A stretch of DNA of 64,000 nt, from assembly GCA_964016885.1 (NCBI GenBank), contig CAXHJY010000573.1:1-64000 (forward strand), written 5' to 3'. The DNA comes from Eledone cirrhosa. Its lineage: Eukaryota. Numbering within the stretch: the first letter of the stretch is position 1; each line of letters opens with the position of its first letter. The translations under genes were made by a program, and so were the position numbers. Below are positions 16,351 to 30,697 of the stretch, piece by piece. The notes under the pieces were generated by a model. That model did no database searches. It saw only the letters and a program-made list of their open reading frames with translations, and was not told the origin of the DNA.

Positions 16351-16658
16351 GAAATTTAAAGGCTAGTGTGGTGGATGGTTTTGACTGTTGCAGGGGCTTG
16401 TTTTGAGATTGTGTGCTAGTGACAGGAAGGATGGTGTTGGGTGATAGCTAAAATGCTTTTCTGTAATTCTTTTGCAGGTTCATGGCTAAAAAAGAAAAAT
16501 GTACTTGTTCAGGGAGCAGCTTTTCACTGGAATTGTGGTTACACAGTTGGATAGGGCTGTAGTTTCCTCTTTTATTGTTGTTTTTCTGGTTGTATTTGCT
16601 GTTGTTGTTCTTAAATGTGCGTATACGTACATATGTATATATATATATATGTATGTAT

Positions 16659-16692
<34 letters not shown>

Positions 16693-16739
16693 GCACGTAT
16701 ATGTATTTATGTATATATATATATATATATATATGTATG

Positions 16740-17112
16740 TAATAGAAAACGAAAAATCAGTTGTGCACCTGAACTCAATTTATTGTGTCTTACAATTGTT
16801 TCGTCAGCGCACAGCTTTAGACGTGATCAGTGTGTGGATCTGTCTGATTTTGGACGGGCAGGTTCGACGGACACGTCTAATGATTTCGGAGCATATTGTC
16901 ACACTGGTGTATCTGACCCTCTGTGCCAGTACCGTCAACAACTTCATTCTCTTCGCGTGTCCTGCGATTGGGCTCTGGTTGTCTACGTCATCATAATATT
17001 GACCACAGGTACAAGTCCGCTGACAATCATGGCGCTGTGTGTCCCATGTCTGCTACACTTCAATAACTTACTGCTGTGTTTGGTAGTTTACACATCCAGG
17101 CGCGCACTCACA
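16740..17112 (+). repeat. Unclassified dispersed repeat (~370 bp), copy A
   Basis: Diverged inverted copy at 20580-20940 (shared TCTAATGATTTCGGAGCATATT, GTATCTGACCCTCTG, CTGCTGTGTTTGGTAGTTTACACATCC). Confidence 0.8.
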
Positions 17113-17925
17113 GACACACACATACACATACATACACACACAAACACATAATCACATAGATAACGACAGTCGTATGCTTAGACTCCAGCTATACACATAC
17201 ATTTAAGGCGAACATATAAGCATATAAACATACGCATACATGCATCTAGAGAGGTACGTACATACACAGACACATGCCCATATGCCTATATACATCAACA
17301 TGCACACACACGTGTGCATACTCATGCATACGCGTATATATACCCGTACAGACAAACACGTACAGACATATACATATACACCCCCCCTCGTTCCACCCCC
17401 GCACACACACATACACACACGTACCCATATACATATATACACGCACAGATAGACACTCGCTCTCAAACACACACATATATATATATACAGAAACAAGCCC
17501 TTTCACTACAGGGTGATTGTACACACACACACTGGCTCATACACTCCTACAAATATGTCCATGTTCAGATACTCACGCACGCATAATATATATATATGTA
17601 TGTATGTATGTATACATAAATAGATTATACACAAATGTCATATAAAGATACACAATGGGTCATACTTGAAAGGATGCACCTTGTTATAAACATGTACATA
17701 CATAGAAAATAGACACACACGCACACACACACATATATTTATATATATATATATAAACTAGACAGAGCCATATATATATGTGTTTGGCAACCATTCACGG
17801 TGTGGCTCATGACGAATTAATTAATTAAATAATCAACAATCAGAGCAATATATAAGAAAGTAAGTCCATAAAATATATACAGTATAAAATATATACAGTA
17901 TTTCTTCTCTAATCAGCATAATCAA

Positions 17926-18339
17926 TCACACAAAAAATCAATTAAACGAGGCTATAAGTTCAAAATGTACCTATGAAGAAACAATAGATAAATAAATGAA
18001 AGCTATTTTATCCGCGATCCACAGCCACAGAAGATTTACCCAGTATTTCTAATAGCCCGTAGAAATTGACTAGACATATAGTTAACCATACACAATTAGA
18101 CCTCCGGAGGTAGAACCATAATTTTGGTACGTTTATGTTCATTTTTTCTTCTAACTTTGATATTGTAGCTAATTGTGTATGGTTAACTATATGTTTAGTC
18201 AATTTCTACGAGCTACTAGAAATACTAGGTAAATCTTCTGTGGCTGTGGATCGCGGATAAAATAGCTATCATTTATTTATCTATTGTTTCTTCACAATTA
18301 AAACTTATAGCCTCGTTTAATTGATTTTTTGGTGTGTGA
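17926..18339. repeat. Inverted repeat (~172-bp arms, ~70-bp spacer) at the 3' end of the second PLE
   Basis: 17926-18099 is the reverse complement of 18169-18339 with a few mismatches (e.g. TATCCGCGATCCACAGCCACAGAAGATTTACC). Confidence 0.9.
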
Positions 18340-18344
18340 AAAAG

Positions 18345-20025
18345 TACGGGTCGGTACTAGCCTATTACAGGGCTGCTGAAATTACTACTAAGGGGTCGTC
18401 TGAGGGGGGAATGGGCGTTGAGGGAGGCCGTAACCGGGTTTTATCCATATAGCTTGAGGAAAGTTCCCGTCCTAAGGTGTCTGCAGGTGCCGAATAAATC
18501 TGCCCTTCTGTTTAATGAAGTATCACGAGTGTCTCACTAAGACAGAGGTTGCAAATACCAGACCCACTTCTGTCTGTGGGAACCTTTCTAACCACGGACC
18601 AGACCAAAGAGTGCGGGGTCCCTCCAAGTTTGAGCCTACAGATCAATTCAGAAAAGCCTTACATTTCCTCTTTTCTATTCTGTTAAAGGAGTGTCAATGG
18701 TTATACCACCTATCTTTGAAGCTCTTCGCCGTGGATCCTATGTAGTGGTGCTCCGAGTTAGGGGTTGTGACCATGCACCTGTAGACTACATTTTTCGTTA
18801 TGAATTCATTACTAAGGGGGCATAGTAATGGGTTTCTGCAATTGCATGACTGTTTAAGCCCGTGCTCATGTACCGTGGCGCTACCATCAGGTGGGGTTGG
18901 TTGGGTAGCCGCCGCATTCAACACAGGGTCGTTGGATTATTGCGCTGTGCTAGTTGGGCCTGTCCGAAGCCTGGTGTGTCCCGTGTGCTGGTTTAGTTGG
19001 GTGGCTCCGGGGATTACAGTGGTATTAGATACAGTGAGCCTACTCCTATTTATGCCGGCTATGTGCTGGGATACGGAGCGTGGGGTTTAGTAGGGTAGTT
19101 TCACCGTGTGCCTGTTGAATATTTTATGGTACCTGTGGGCCCTAGGGAAACATTTATCCAGTACTCTAAAGAATGTTCTAGCCAGGCTGGTACGTAGACC
19201 AACGAGTACGCGGGATTATACCATGTGAGCTTCCTGGTCCTATTCCTGCGGGTTAGTTGGGTGTCCGCCGTGGTCCATCGCGGGGTTGTGCACAGCTCAG
19301 GTCGAGCTCGGTTGGTGTTACTCGGGTGTTGAGAGCGGGTACCGTTCGTTGTTCGGTCACTATCAAGAGGGTTATATGGGCTTACCGTGGGGCTATAAAC
19401 CAGCGCGGTGCGGCCTCCCTGCTCAGTGAGGGTTCGGCGGGCGGTGGGACCGGGGCAGGGGTGCCTATGCTCCGCAATACAGTGGCCTTGAGTGTTGTAG
19501 GTATTAGACCGGTGGGGTATGCGGGACCTTCTACCGGGGGTGGCGGCGGTTAGGGGGTCTGGGAGTGTTACTACTGTTATAGCTGATCCTATGGTTGTGG
19601 TACGCCTTAGATAGCGCTGTGTTATAATAATAAGCATTATTATTGAAGATCTATTGATTGGCAGACAAGCTAGAGATCCTGTCAGAGACACTCTTATCTA
19701 CGGCCTTAACTATAGATCTAGGGTGATTGGACCCAGCGTTGATATACACCAGCTTCTCATTGGGTTTATGATATGGGTGGTGTAGCTTGGTGTTGAGGTT
19801 GAGGGTGGCGTCCAGGAAATTCATTACTTTTCTATTGGGTTCCATCTCAACTTTAAGTCCTACCTTACTAAAAGAGTGTCCTAATTCTCCTCTTCATGTT
19901 TTCGATCATTTTGCTGCTGTGGTCCACGACGGTAAGGAGGTAGTCGTCTCAGTACAGTCTGATACCCAGGTTGGGTATTTCACTCCTGATCTCGTAGAGT
20001 ATATATATCCCAACCAGTTGACGCA
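18345..20025 (-). mobile_element. Second, unrelated Penelope-like retroelement (decayed, 5'-truncated)
   Basis: Motifs IRLY*DDYL (YxDD), NFLDATLNL..PYHKPN..YINAGSNHP..I...SDRISSLS, RKLTWYNPAYS, CNCRNPLLCPL..VVYRCMV..YIGST.KSFKDRWYNH (GIY-YIG), CNLCLSE and LNRRADL..TCRH. Confidence 0.88.
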
Positions 20026-20579
20026 TATATATAAAAAAAGTATAAAATATATTAAAAATATACATATAACGGCACATAGAGATACACAGTGGGCTATACA
20101 TGAAAGGGTGCGCCCAGTTATATGTGTCTACAGAGATGTTGCTAGGTTGCGAACATGGATCAATCCACATATGGAATCTTCCCGCAAAGCCCCTAATGGG
20201 CGTTCATGGTATTACAGTAAATAGTATGCGCAGACCGTATTAGAAAATGCGTGCAGAATATATATAAAAAAAAGGAACGTGTATGCATATGAGATAGTAC
20301 ACAAGAGAAGTATGAGATACACACGTGGGTCTGTATACTGAAAATACATTAGGTGTTACAAAATGGAATATATATGGAATATATCAGTGGAGAGTATGCA
20401 CTCTCTACTGAAAATATACACATGCAGGGGGGGGGGCATACTGGAGTATGTCACTGTGGTTGAGGTGTAGTATCTTATTGGTGTAAGGCATTTGACTGAA
20501 TATCAATGGAATCCGGGTAAGCCTGTCCCGGCTCAGGCGATGTTCTATGTGATTATGCGTGTGTGTGTGCGTGTGTGTG

Positions 20580-20940
20580 TGTGAGTGCGCGCGTGGATGT
20601 GTAAACTACCAAACACAGCAGTAATTTATTGAAGTGTAGCAGACAAGGGAGACACAACGCCCTGATGGTCAGCGGTCTGGTACCTGTGGTCAGAATTATG
20701 ATGACGTAGACAACCAGCACCCAAGCAGAAGATACGTGAAGAGGATGAAGTTTTTGACGGTACTGGCCCAGAGGGTCAGATACCCCAGTGATAGAATATG
20801 CTCCGAAATCATTAGACGTCTCCGTCGAAGCTGCGTGTCAGAATCAGACAGATCCACATAATGATCGCGTATCGAGCTGTCTGCCGGCGGAACAATTGTA
20901 ACACAATAAATTGAGGTCAGATAAATCACTGATTTTTGTT
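20580..20940 (-). repeat. Unclassified dispersed repeat, copy B
   Basis: Homologous to 16740-17112 in opposite orientation. Confidence 0.8.
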
Positions 20941-21131
20941 CTTAATTATATCATACTCTGTTCTGTAAGAGCATTGAGTGCTCCACGGGTTTACAGCATA
21001 TGGAAGCTTCTTAGATGCCACCAGACATATATATATATATATATATCTATGTATATATATATATATATATATGCATTTATACATATATATGTATGTATAT
21101 ATATATATGTATATATATATATATGTATATA

Positions 21132-21179
<48 letters not shown>

Positions 21180-21859
21180 TTTATATATATATATATATGC
21201 ATTTATATATATATATGCATTTATATATATATATATGAATGTATATATATATATATGAATGTATATATATATATATATGAATGTATATATATATATATAT
21301 GAATGTATATATATATATGTATGTATTTATATATATATATGTATGTATTTATATATATATATATTTATATATATATATGTATGTATTTATATATATATAT
21401 ATTTATATATATATATGTATGTATTTATATATATATATATTTATATATATATATGTATTTATATATATATATATATATATGTATTTATATATATATATAT
21501 TTATATATATATATGTATTTATATAAATATATATATATATGTATTTATATATATATTATATATATATATGTATTTATATATATATATATATATGTATTTA
21601 TATATATATATATATATATATGTATTTATAAATATATATATATATGTATTTATATATATATATATATATATATATGTATTTATATATATATATATATATA
21701 TATATGTGTATATATATATATATATGTATATATATGTAGGAGGTGAGTTTTATTGTAGTACAATAAAGCAATGCAGATATCGGATAAGAAGCACTCTACA
21801 GTTTGTGGGACTGGAGTATGCATAATATAAGATCAAAAGATGGTTAAAGGAGTTCCATA

Positions 21860-21931
21860 TATTTTATTATGCGATATTTCAAAAACAAACATCATCAAAC
21901 AATAATATTTGTGTTTTCATCAGATAAAATA
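21860..21931 (-). ncRNA. Minimal type I hammerhead, stem III mutated (TATCGCA)
   Basis: The reverse strand reads TATTTTAT-CTGATGA-stem II-GAAA-TATCGCA-TA-ATAAAATA. Confidence 0.65.
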
Positions 21932-22040
21932 GGAGAACATGATATGAAGGCTAAAAAACACTTGTTGATAGTGCAGTTGATATGTTGATTTAAAACTGCA
22001 CTATCAACAAGTGTTTTTTAGCCTTCATATCATGTTCTCC

Positions 22041-22111
22041 TATTTTATCTGATGAAAACACAAATATTATTGTTTGATGATGTTTGTTTTTGAAATGCGC
22101 ATAATAAAATA
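22041..22111 (+). ncRNA. Minimal type I hammerhead ribozyme
   Basis: 8-bp stem I TATTTTAT/ATAAAATA; CTGATGA 22049-22055; long AU stem II; GAAA 22092-22095; TGCGCA; TA. Confidence 0.85.
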
Positions 22112-22145
22112 TATGGAACTCCTTTAACCATCTTTTGATCTTATA

Positions 22146-22229
<84 letters not shown>

Positions 22230-22358
22230 ATATATATATATATGTATGTATATATATGTATATATATATATATATATGTATATATATGTATATATATATG
22301 TATATATATGTATATATATGTATATATATATGTATATATATGTATATATATGTATATA

Positions 22359-22523
<165 letters not shown>

Positions 22524-22528
22524 GTATG

Positions 22529-22657
<129 letters not shown>

Positions 22658-22688
22658 GTATATATATGTATGCGTATATATATATGTA

Positions 22689-23299
22689 TGTCAGGTCACC
22701 AGTTGGTGCTACTGGTAACATGTATCCCAGTACATCCTCTCTTATGGTCGGGTCGTTGGCGACTAAACTGGCAACCCCACCAAGGTTTCTTGGTGAGGAG
22801 GGTGACTTTGGACATCCTGCAGGACTAAAAACAAAACCTGTCAAAGGGCAAAGGAGCTCTTAAGAGTCAATAGCCATCCAAAATCACCAGTAGAGATGAC
22901 CCCTTAGCCTTTGTCAAGGCAGAATTCTAGGAGAAGGAAAACTCTGATATAATACCTGCAACCCTGATGGTATCCTATGATGTTGACTTGTTCTTCTTTT
23001 TGGTAAATATCATCTTGGTTAAGAGAGTGGGACTGGCTTTGTGCAGTGCCTTTGCTCACTATAAAAGCTTCACGGCACAGGCATTGCTTTATATCTGGAG
23101 ATCTCTCTGCACTTGTCATCACATGGTACCATGGGCCCAGCACTATGTGTCAATAATTGTCACAAGTGTAGTGTTTGTACCAGAGTTTTCAAGTCGCTGG
23201 CTGGACTAAAGAGTCACACTCGTTCAGCGCATCGGTAGGGGTTCTCCTACATGGATATAAAGTAGAGGCCATACTCGAAAACGAGTTGGCAGCCACCAT
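22689..23299 (+). mobile_element. Non-autonomous RTE-derived element, copy 2
   Basis: Runs TGTCAGGTCACCAGTTGG... to ...GAGTTGGCAGCCACCAT, flanked by (TA)/(TATG) arrays. Confidence 0.78.
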
Positions 23300-24528
23300 G
23301 TATATATATATATGTATGTGTATGTATATATGTATATGTGTGTATATATATATATATATGTATGTATATATATGTATATGTGTGTATATATATGTGTGTG
23401 TATGTATATATATGTGTATATATATATATATATGTATATATATGTGTATGTGTATGTGTATGTATGTGTATATATATGTATATGTATATATGTGTGTATA
23501 TGTATATATATATGTATATGTATGTATATATGTGTATGTATGTGTATATATATATGTATATGTATATATGTATATATGTGTGTATATATGTGTGTATATG
23601 TATGTGTATATATATATGTATATATATATATATGTGTGTATGTATATATGTGTATATATATATGTATATATACTTATATATATATATATATGTATATAAA
23701 CTTTAATCTGTTATTTTAATAAATATATATATGTATATGTGTATGTGTATGTATGTATGTGTGTATATGTATATATGTATGTATATATATGTACGTGTAT
23801 GTGTGTATATGTATATATGTATATATGTATATGTATATATATGCATATATATATATATGTATATATATATATATGTGTGTATGTGTGTGTGTATATGTAT
23901 ATATGTGTATATATATATATGTGTATATGTATGTGTATGTATATATATGTGTATATGTATATATATGTGTATATATGTATATATATGTATATATATATAT
24001 ATATGTATATATATGTGTGTATATGTATATGTATATATACATATGTGTATATATACATGTGTATATATATATATGTATATATATGTGTATATATGTATGT
24101 ATGTATGTGTGTGTATGTGTATATATATATGTATATATATGTGTATATATATGTGTATATGTATGTATGTATGTATATGTGTATGTATGTATGTATGTGT
24201 ATGTGTGTATATGTGTATATGTGTATGTGTATATGTGTATATATGTATGTATGTATGTGTATGTATATATGTATATATATGTGTGTATATGTGTATCTGT
24301 GTATATGTGTATCTATATATATGTGTATATATATATATATGTATATATATATATGTGTATGTATGTTTATATATGTATATGTATTTATATATGTGTATAT
24401 ATGTTTATATGTGTATGTGTATATGTGTATGTATGTATATATATGTGTATATGTATGTATGTATATATGTATATATATGTGTATGTATATGTGTATGTAT
24501 GTGTGTGTATATATATATATATATATAT

Positions 24529-25026
24529 GTGACTTTGGACATCCTGCAGGACTAAAAACAAAACCTGTCAAAAGGCAAAGGAGCTCTTAAGAGTCAATGG
24601 CCATCTAAAATCACTGGGAGAGATGACCCCTTAGCCTTTGTCAAGGCAGAATTCTAGGAGAAGGAAAACTCTGATATAACACCTGCAACCCTGATGGTAT
24701 CCAATGATGTTGACTTGTTCTTCTTTTTGGTAAATATCATCTTGGTTAAGAGAGTGGGACTGGCTTTGTGCAGTGCCTTTGCTCACTATAAAAGCTTCAC
24801 GGCACAGGCATTGCTTTATATCTGGAGATCTCTCTGCATTTGTCGTCACATGGTACCATGGGCCCAGCACTATGTGTCAATAATTGTCACAAGTGTAGTG
24901 TTTGTACCAGAGCTTTCGAGTCGCTGGCTGGACTGGAAAGTCACACTCGTTCAGCGCATCAGTAGTGGTTCTCCTACATGGATATAAAGTAGTGGCCGTA
25001 CTCGAAAACGAGTTGGCAGCCACCAT
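24529..25026 (+). mobile_element. Non-autonomous RTE-derived element, copy 3 (5'-truncated)
   Basis: Starts at GTGACTTTGGACATCC and has the same 3' end as copy 2, the truncation polarity expected of TPRT. Confidence 0.78.
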
Positions 25027-25680
25027 GTATGTATGTATGTATGTATGTATGCATGTATATATATATATGTATGCATGTATATATATATGTATGCATGTAT
25101 ATATATATATATATGTATGCATGTATATATATATATATGTATGCATGTATATATATATATATGTATGCATGTATATATATATATATGTATGCATGTATAT
25201 ATATATATATGTATGCATGTATATATATATATATGTATGCATGTATATATATATATATATGTATGCATGTATATATATATATATGTATGCATGTATAGAT
25301 ATATATATGTATGCATGTATATATATATATATGTATGCATGTATATATATATATATATGTATGCATGTATATATATATATATGTATGCATATATATATAT
25401 ATATATATGTATGCATGTATATATATATATATATGTATGCATGTATATATATATATATATATATATGTATGCATGTATATATATATATATATATATATGT
25501 ATGCATGTATATATATATATATGTATGCATGTATATATATATATATATATATGTATGCATGTATATATATATATATATATGCATGTATATATATATATAT
25601 GCATGTATATATATATATATATTTATGCATGTATATATATATATATATATATGTATGCATGTATATATATATGTATGTAT
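25027..25680. repeat. (TA)nTGTATGCATG minisatellite
   Basis: Directly visible ~22-26 bp units. Confidence 0.92.
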
Positions 25681-25740
25681 GTATATATGTATATGTATGT
25701 ATGTGTGTGTGTGTATTCATATGTAGGTGTCTGTATGTAT

Positions 25741-26333
25741 GTAACATTTAACCCTGTACAACCTGTCGCATGGTCGGGTCGTCGGTGACTAAACGGGTAA
25801 CCCCACCAAGTTTACTTGGTGAAGAGGGTGATTTTGGTCACCCTGTAGGACAAAAAACAAAATCTGACAGAGGGCGGAATAACTCATAAGAGTCAACGTC
25901 CATCCAAAAGTGTGTAAATATGTATAAGCACATGTACATATGTTTTTATATGTGTATATACATGGGTTCATGTGTATGTATATGCGCGGGGACATTGAAA
26001 TAGTCGGGCTGGACACTCGATCGCGCGGTTAAACCACTGGGAGTGAATGACCCCTAGTCTTTGTCAGGGCATTCTTCTAGGAGAAGGCAACTCAGGAAAC
26101 AGGGATAATACCGATATAAAACCTGCAGCTCGGTAGTTACCGGTGATGTTGATCCTTTCTTCTTTTCGGGTATTAGCTACTGTCGCTCAGAGAGTGGGAT
26201 TGGCTCAGTGCACAGTCCTTTGTCACTTTAAAAAATATCTTCACGCACAGGCATTGCACGATAGAATTAATTAATAATTATTAATATTGGTATATCGTAC
26301 AATGGCCATACTCGATAACGAAGGGGCAACCAT
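25741..26333 (+). mobile_element. Diverged subfamily of the RTE-derived element, copy 4
   Basis: Shares TGGTCGGGTCG..GACTAAAC, CTAGGAGAAGG and the GGCCATACTCG..AACGA..GGCA.CCA 3' end. Confidence 0.7.
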
Positions 26334-26570
26334 CTTGTATATATATGTATATATATGTATATATATGTATATATATATGTATATGTATATATATATATGT
26401 ATATGTATATATATATGTACGTATGTATTTGTATATATATGTATATGTATGTATATGTACGTATGTATTTGAATGTATGTGTATGTATGTATGTATATAT
26501 ATATATGTACGTATGTATATATATGTATGTATATGTATGTATATAATATGTATATGTGTATAATTATATA

Positions 26571-27085
26571 TGTCACATCGTACTCGATTGCTACTGGTAA
26601 CATGTAATACACTACAAGCTGTCCCATCGTCGGGTCTTCGGTGACTAAACTCCAAGCCCATCAAACTTTCTGGTGAGGAGTTTGATATTTGGTCACACTT
26701 TGGCATGAAATACACGACTCGTTAAAGAGCGGAGTAACTCAGCAGAGTCATTGTCCATCCAAATAACTTTTTTTTTTTCACCTGAGAGTGAAAGGCCTCC
26801 AGCTTTTGTCACAACACCTTACCCAGAAGGGAAAACTCTGAAATAAAAATAAATCCTCTGGCATCGGGAGCCTCGGATGATGTTGACAAGTTATCTTTTT
26901 GGGGTAGCGTTTTGAATGCTCCGCGAGTTGGATTGGTCGAGTGAAAGCCCTCCCCCACTTAAAAAAAAATTTCATTGCATAGGCATTGCTTGTTCAGATT
27001 TGTGTAGCTGGCTGTGGCCTAAAAATGCACTATTCTCTGTAATCAGACAAGCGATTGCCATACTCTTAGAAGAGTTTGCAGCCAT
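26571..27085 (+). mobile_element. Diverged subfamily of the RTE-derived element, copy 5
   Basis: Shares GCTACTGGTAACATGT, CGGGTC..GGTGACTAAAC, GAAGGGAAAACTCTGA and GCCATACTC..GAGTTTGCAGCCA. Confidence 0.65.
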
Positions 27086-27799
<714 letters not shown>

Positions 27800-27800
<1 letters not shown>

Positions 27801-28322
27801 AAATCAGGAAAGAAGGTTTACATGGTTTGCTATACAAAAAAGTTTTTAATCACATAGCTTACATTTGTTTCACTGAACTGGTATGTCTAGAGATCGCTAT
27901 CCGCCTAATTTTGCGTCACTCGATCGCCAATACAGAATTATAACCAGTCAGATCTTCGGAGCATGCGAGAATGAAGAAAATACACAGGCAAGAAAATAAA
28001 AGAAAATATGGAGTAGTTATGGCATTCAATTAGAACAATAAACAACAACAATTATTACAACAATGCTATCAATAAACTATTTAAGGAGACCCTGACATTA
28101 CTTAGGTGGGGGGTATATAATGTATCTAATGTTACGGCGTGAAAACCAGCTGTCATAAGGCAAAAAGTATCGTAGTGTGTATCAATTTTAAATTATAAAG
28201 ATAAGCTAGTTTTTACAGTCTTTCTCTTCATCTTCAACCGTATACATGAGTGGGACCACTGTCAAAGCTCAATAGTTGTAGAGTTAATACAGAGGTTAAC
28301 GAATTAATATACGCATATATCT

Positions 28323-28382
<60 letters not shown>

Positions 28383-28476
28383 GTGTATATTGCATGTATG
28401 TATATTTTTGTACGAGTGTATATTAGTGTGTATGTATGTGTCTATGTACACATATATGTGTATATGTATTTATATT

Positions 28477-28547
<71 letters not shown>

Positions 28548-29070
28548 AGATATATGCGTATATTAATTCGTTAACCTCTGTATTAACTCTACAACTATTG
28601 AGCTTTGACAGTGGTCCCACTCATGTATACGGTTGAAGATGAAGAGAAAGACTGTAAAAACTAGCTTATCTTTATAATTTAAAATTGATACACACTACGA
28701 TACTTTTTGCCTTATGACAGCTGGTTTTCACGCCGTAACATTAGATACATTATATACCCCCCACCTAAGTAATGTCAGGGTCTCCTTAAATAGTTTATTG
28801 ATAGCATTGTTGTAATAATTGTTGTTGTTTATTGTTCTAATTGAATGCCATAACTACTCCATATTTTCTTTTATTTTCTTGCCTGTGTATTTTCTTCATT
28901 CTCGCATGCTCCGAAGATCTGACTGGTTATAATTCTGTATTGGCGATCGAGTGACGCAAAATTAGGCGGATAGCGATCTCTAGACATACCAGTTCAGTGA
29001 AACAAATGTAAGCTATGTGATTAAAAACTTTTTTGTATAGCAAACCATGTAAACCTTCTTTCCTGATTTA
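27800..29070. repeat. Near-perfect long inverted repeat (~580-bp arms, ~105-bp spacer)
   Basis: 27800-~28381 (TAAATCAGGAAAGAAGG...CTACGCACACAC) is the reverse complement of ~28488-29070. I saw no mismatches by eye in the unique part. Confidence 0.93.
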
Positions 29071-29249
29071 TTATTACTCCAAGTGTTTACAACATAGGAA
29101 TTACAGCATACCCGCAGCATCACTATGAAAACGCCTTGTTGAGTCAAACCAAGCCAAGCGTTAATATCATCCACTACCTGGAATACCATAACTGGACTTC
29201 ACCTAAGTGGACTGCATTTAACTATTATTTGTTAATCCGTATATATATT

Positions 29250-29366
<117 letters not shown>

Positions 29367-29764
29367 ATATTTATATATATATTTATATTTCTGAAGACGG
29401 CATATATATGTGTTGGTATGTTTATTTAATTTTGATAGTTTGTATAATTTTGTATAATTTTGTACATAGATCTGTTGAATATGCATGCCATTTCTAACAC
29501 ATATATATCCTAGAAACGATCATTAAATAATGAACATTTTTTGTTTAATATAAGGAACTGTTTCATTGTTTTATTCATTATTTTTTAAATATTTTATCTT
29601 GACTCTGTATTCCGTTTATCTTTCACCGAAAGTGATTTTTCATTGCATCTCTTCTTTCCATGATATCCGGATTACATTGAGTTCTTCATACGGATTGGAC
29701 ACTACCGTAAACTCTTGGTAGATTTATCTACATATTTATATATATATATATATTTATATATATT

Positions 29765-29798
<34 letters not shown>

Positions 29799-30697
29799 CC
29801 ACGCCCACAACACTGAATTCCAAGGCTGTCCTCGAATCGAATAGGTGTCTTGTTCTCTTTCTTTCTATTCACTGTTTGTGTTCGAAAGTGATATGGAAAG
29901 AAGGAATCAGATAGAAAGAATGACATACACCCAGCAAGAGATATAAGTGAAATTGAAAATTGTAATGTTCATGGTGTGTATGGTGATATGTAAAACGGAA
30001 CTTTTGGAAACTTTGTATATGAAATTATTCTTGATTGTGCATATTATGTTTGATGCCTAAACAAATCAAAACTACTATACAGTCTGTGATTTTACAGTAT
30101 TTAATTTGGTGACACCCTTTCATGCTTTTATTGACAATTAATGTATAATTTAAAATAACTGCTTGGAATGATTTAAATCTGGAAATCTTGAAATCAATTA
30201 AATTAATTATATACCTAAGAGAGCTGTAAAGATCAGGGCTCTCATTCAGTTCTCTAGAGTGATACGCGGAACTAATATTTATTTTGCAATGGAATTATTT
30301 TATATAGACGTTATTAGCTTTATAAAATGTAATTGCTTTAATTATACTATGCGTTTAAATGCTGATTTGCAGTTCACATATCCTCGTAATTTCACCGAGA
30401 AAATGTCTAGACGTTACGTTGAACCAGTTCTTTGTTTGGAGGGAGTATTAATGTTTTAATTCTATTTTATGTTCATGCTCATCAACCTATTGTTAATTAT
30501 CTAGTCAGCTACATTACCGACTTACAAAATCCGAATATTTGCGTTGGAGAATCTGAGGTATATCATTTTGTAGTAATCAATTAAGTAATAAATGTTGACA
30601 TACTTATTGCAGAACGTACAACTAGTTGAGGTTAGTGGATAGGGTAAATCTGAAGGGAATCATTAGTTAAACAACATTATTACACTCTTTCCACCAA

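Larger units (their letters stand above)
21736..22150. mobile_element. Head-to-head inverted pLTR pair (Penelope-type) inside (TA)n
   Basis: 21736-21978 on the minus strand and 21980-22150 on the plus strand are both homologous to 9964-10222. Confidence 0.8.

Noticed and set aside
17780-17820. Minus-strand TCATGAG-CCA..TGG..CCAAAC hammerhead-like trace near the second PLE
   Set aside because: Both core boxes are broken and no stem I is evident.
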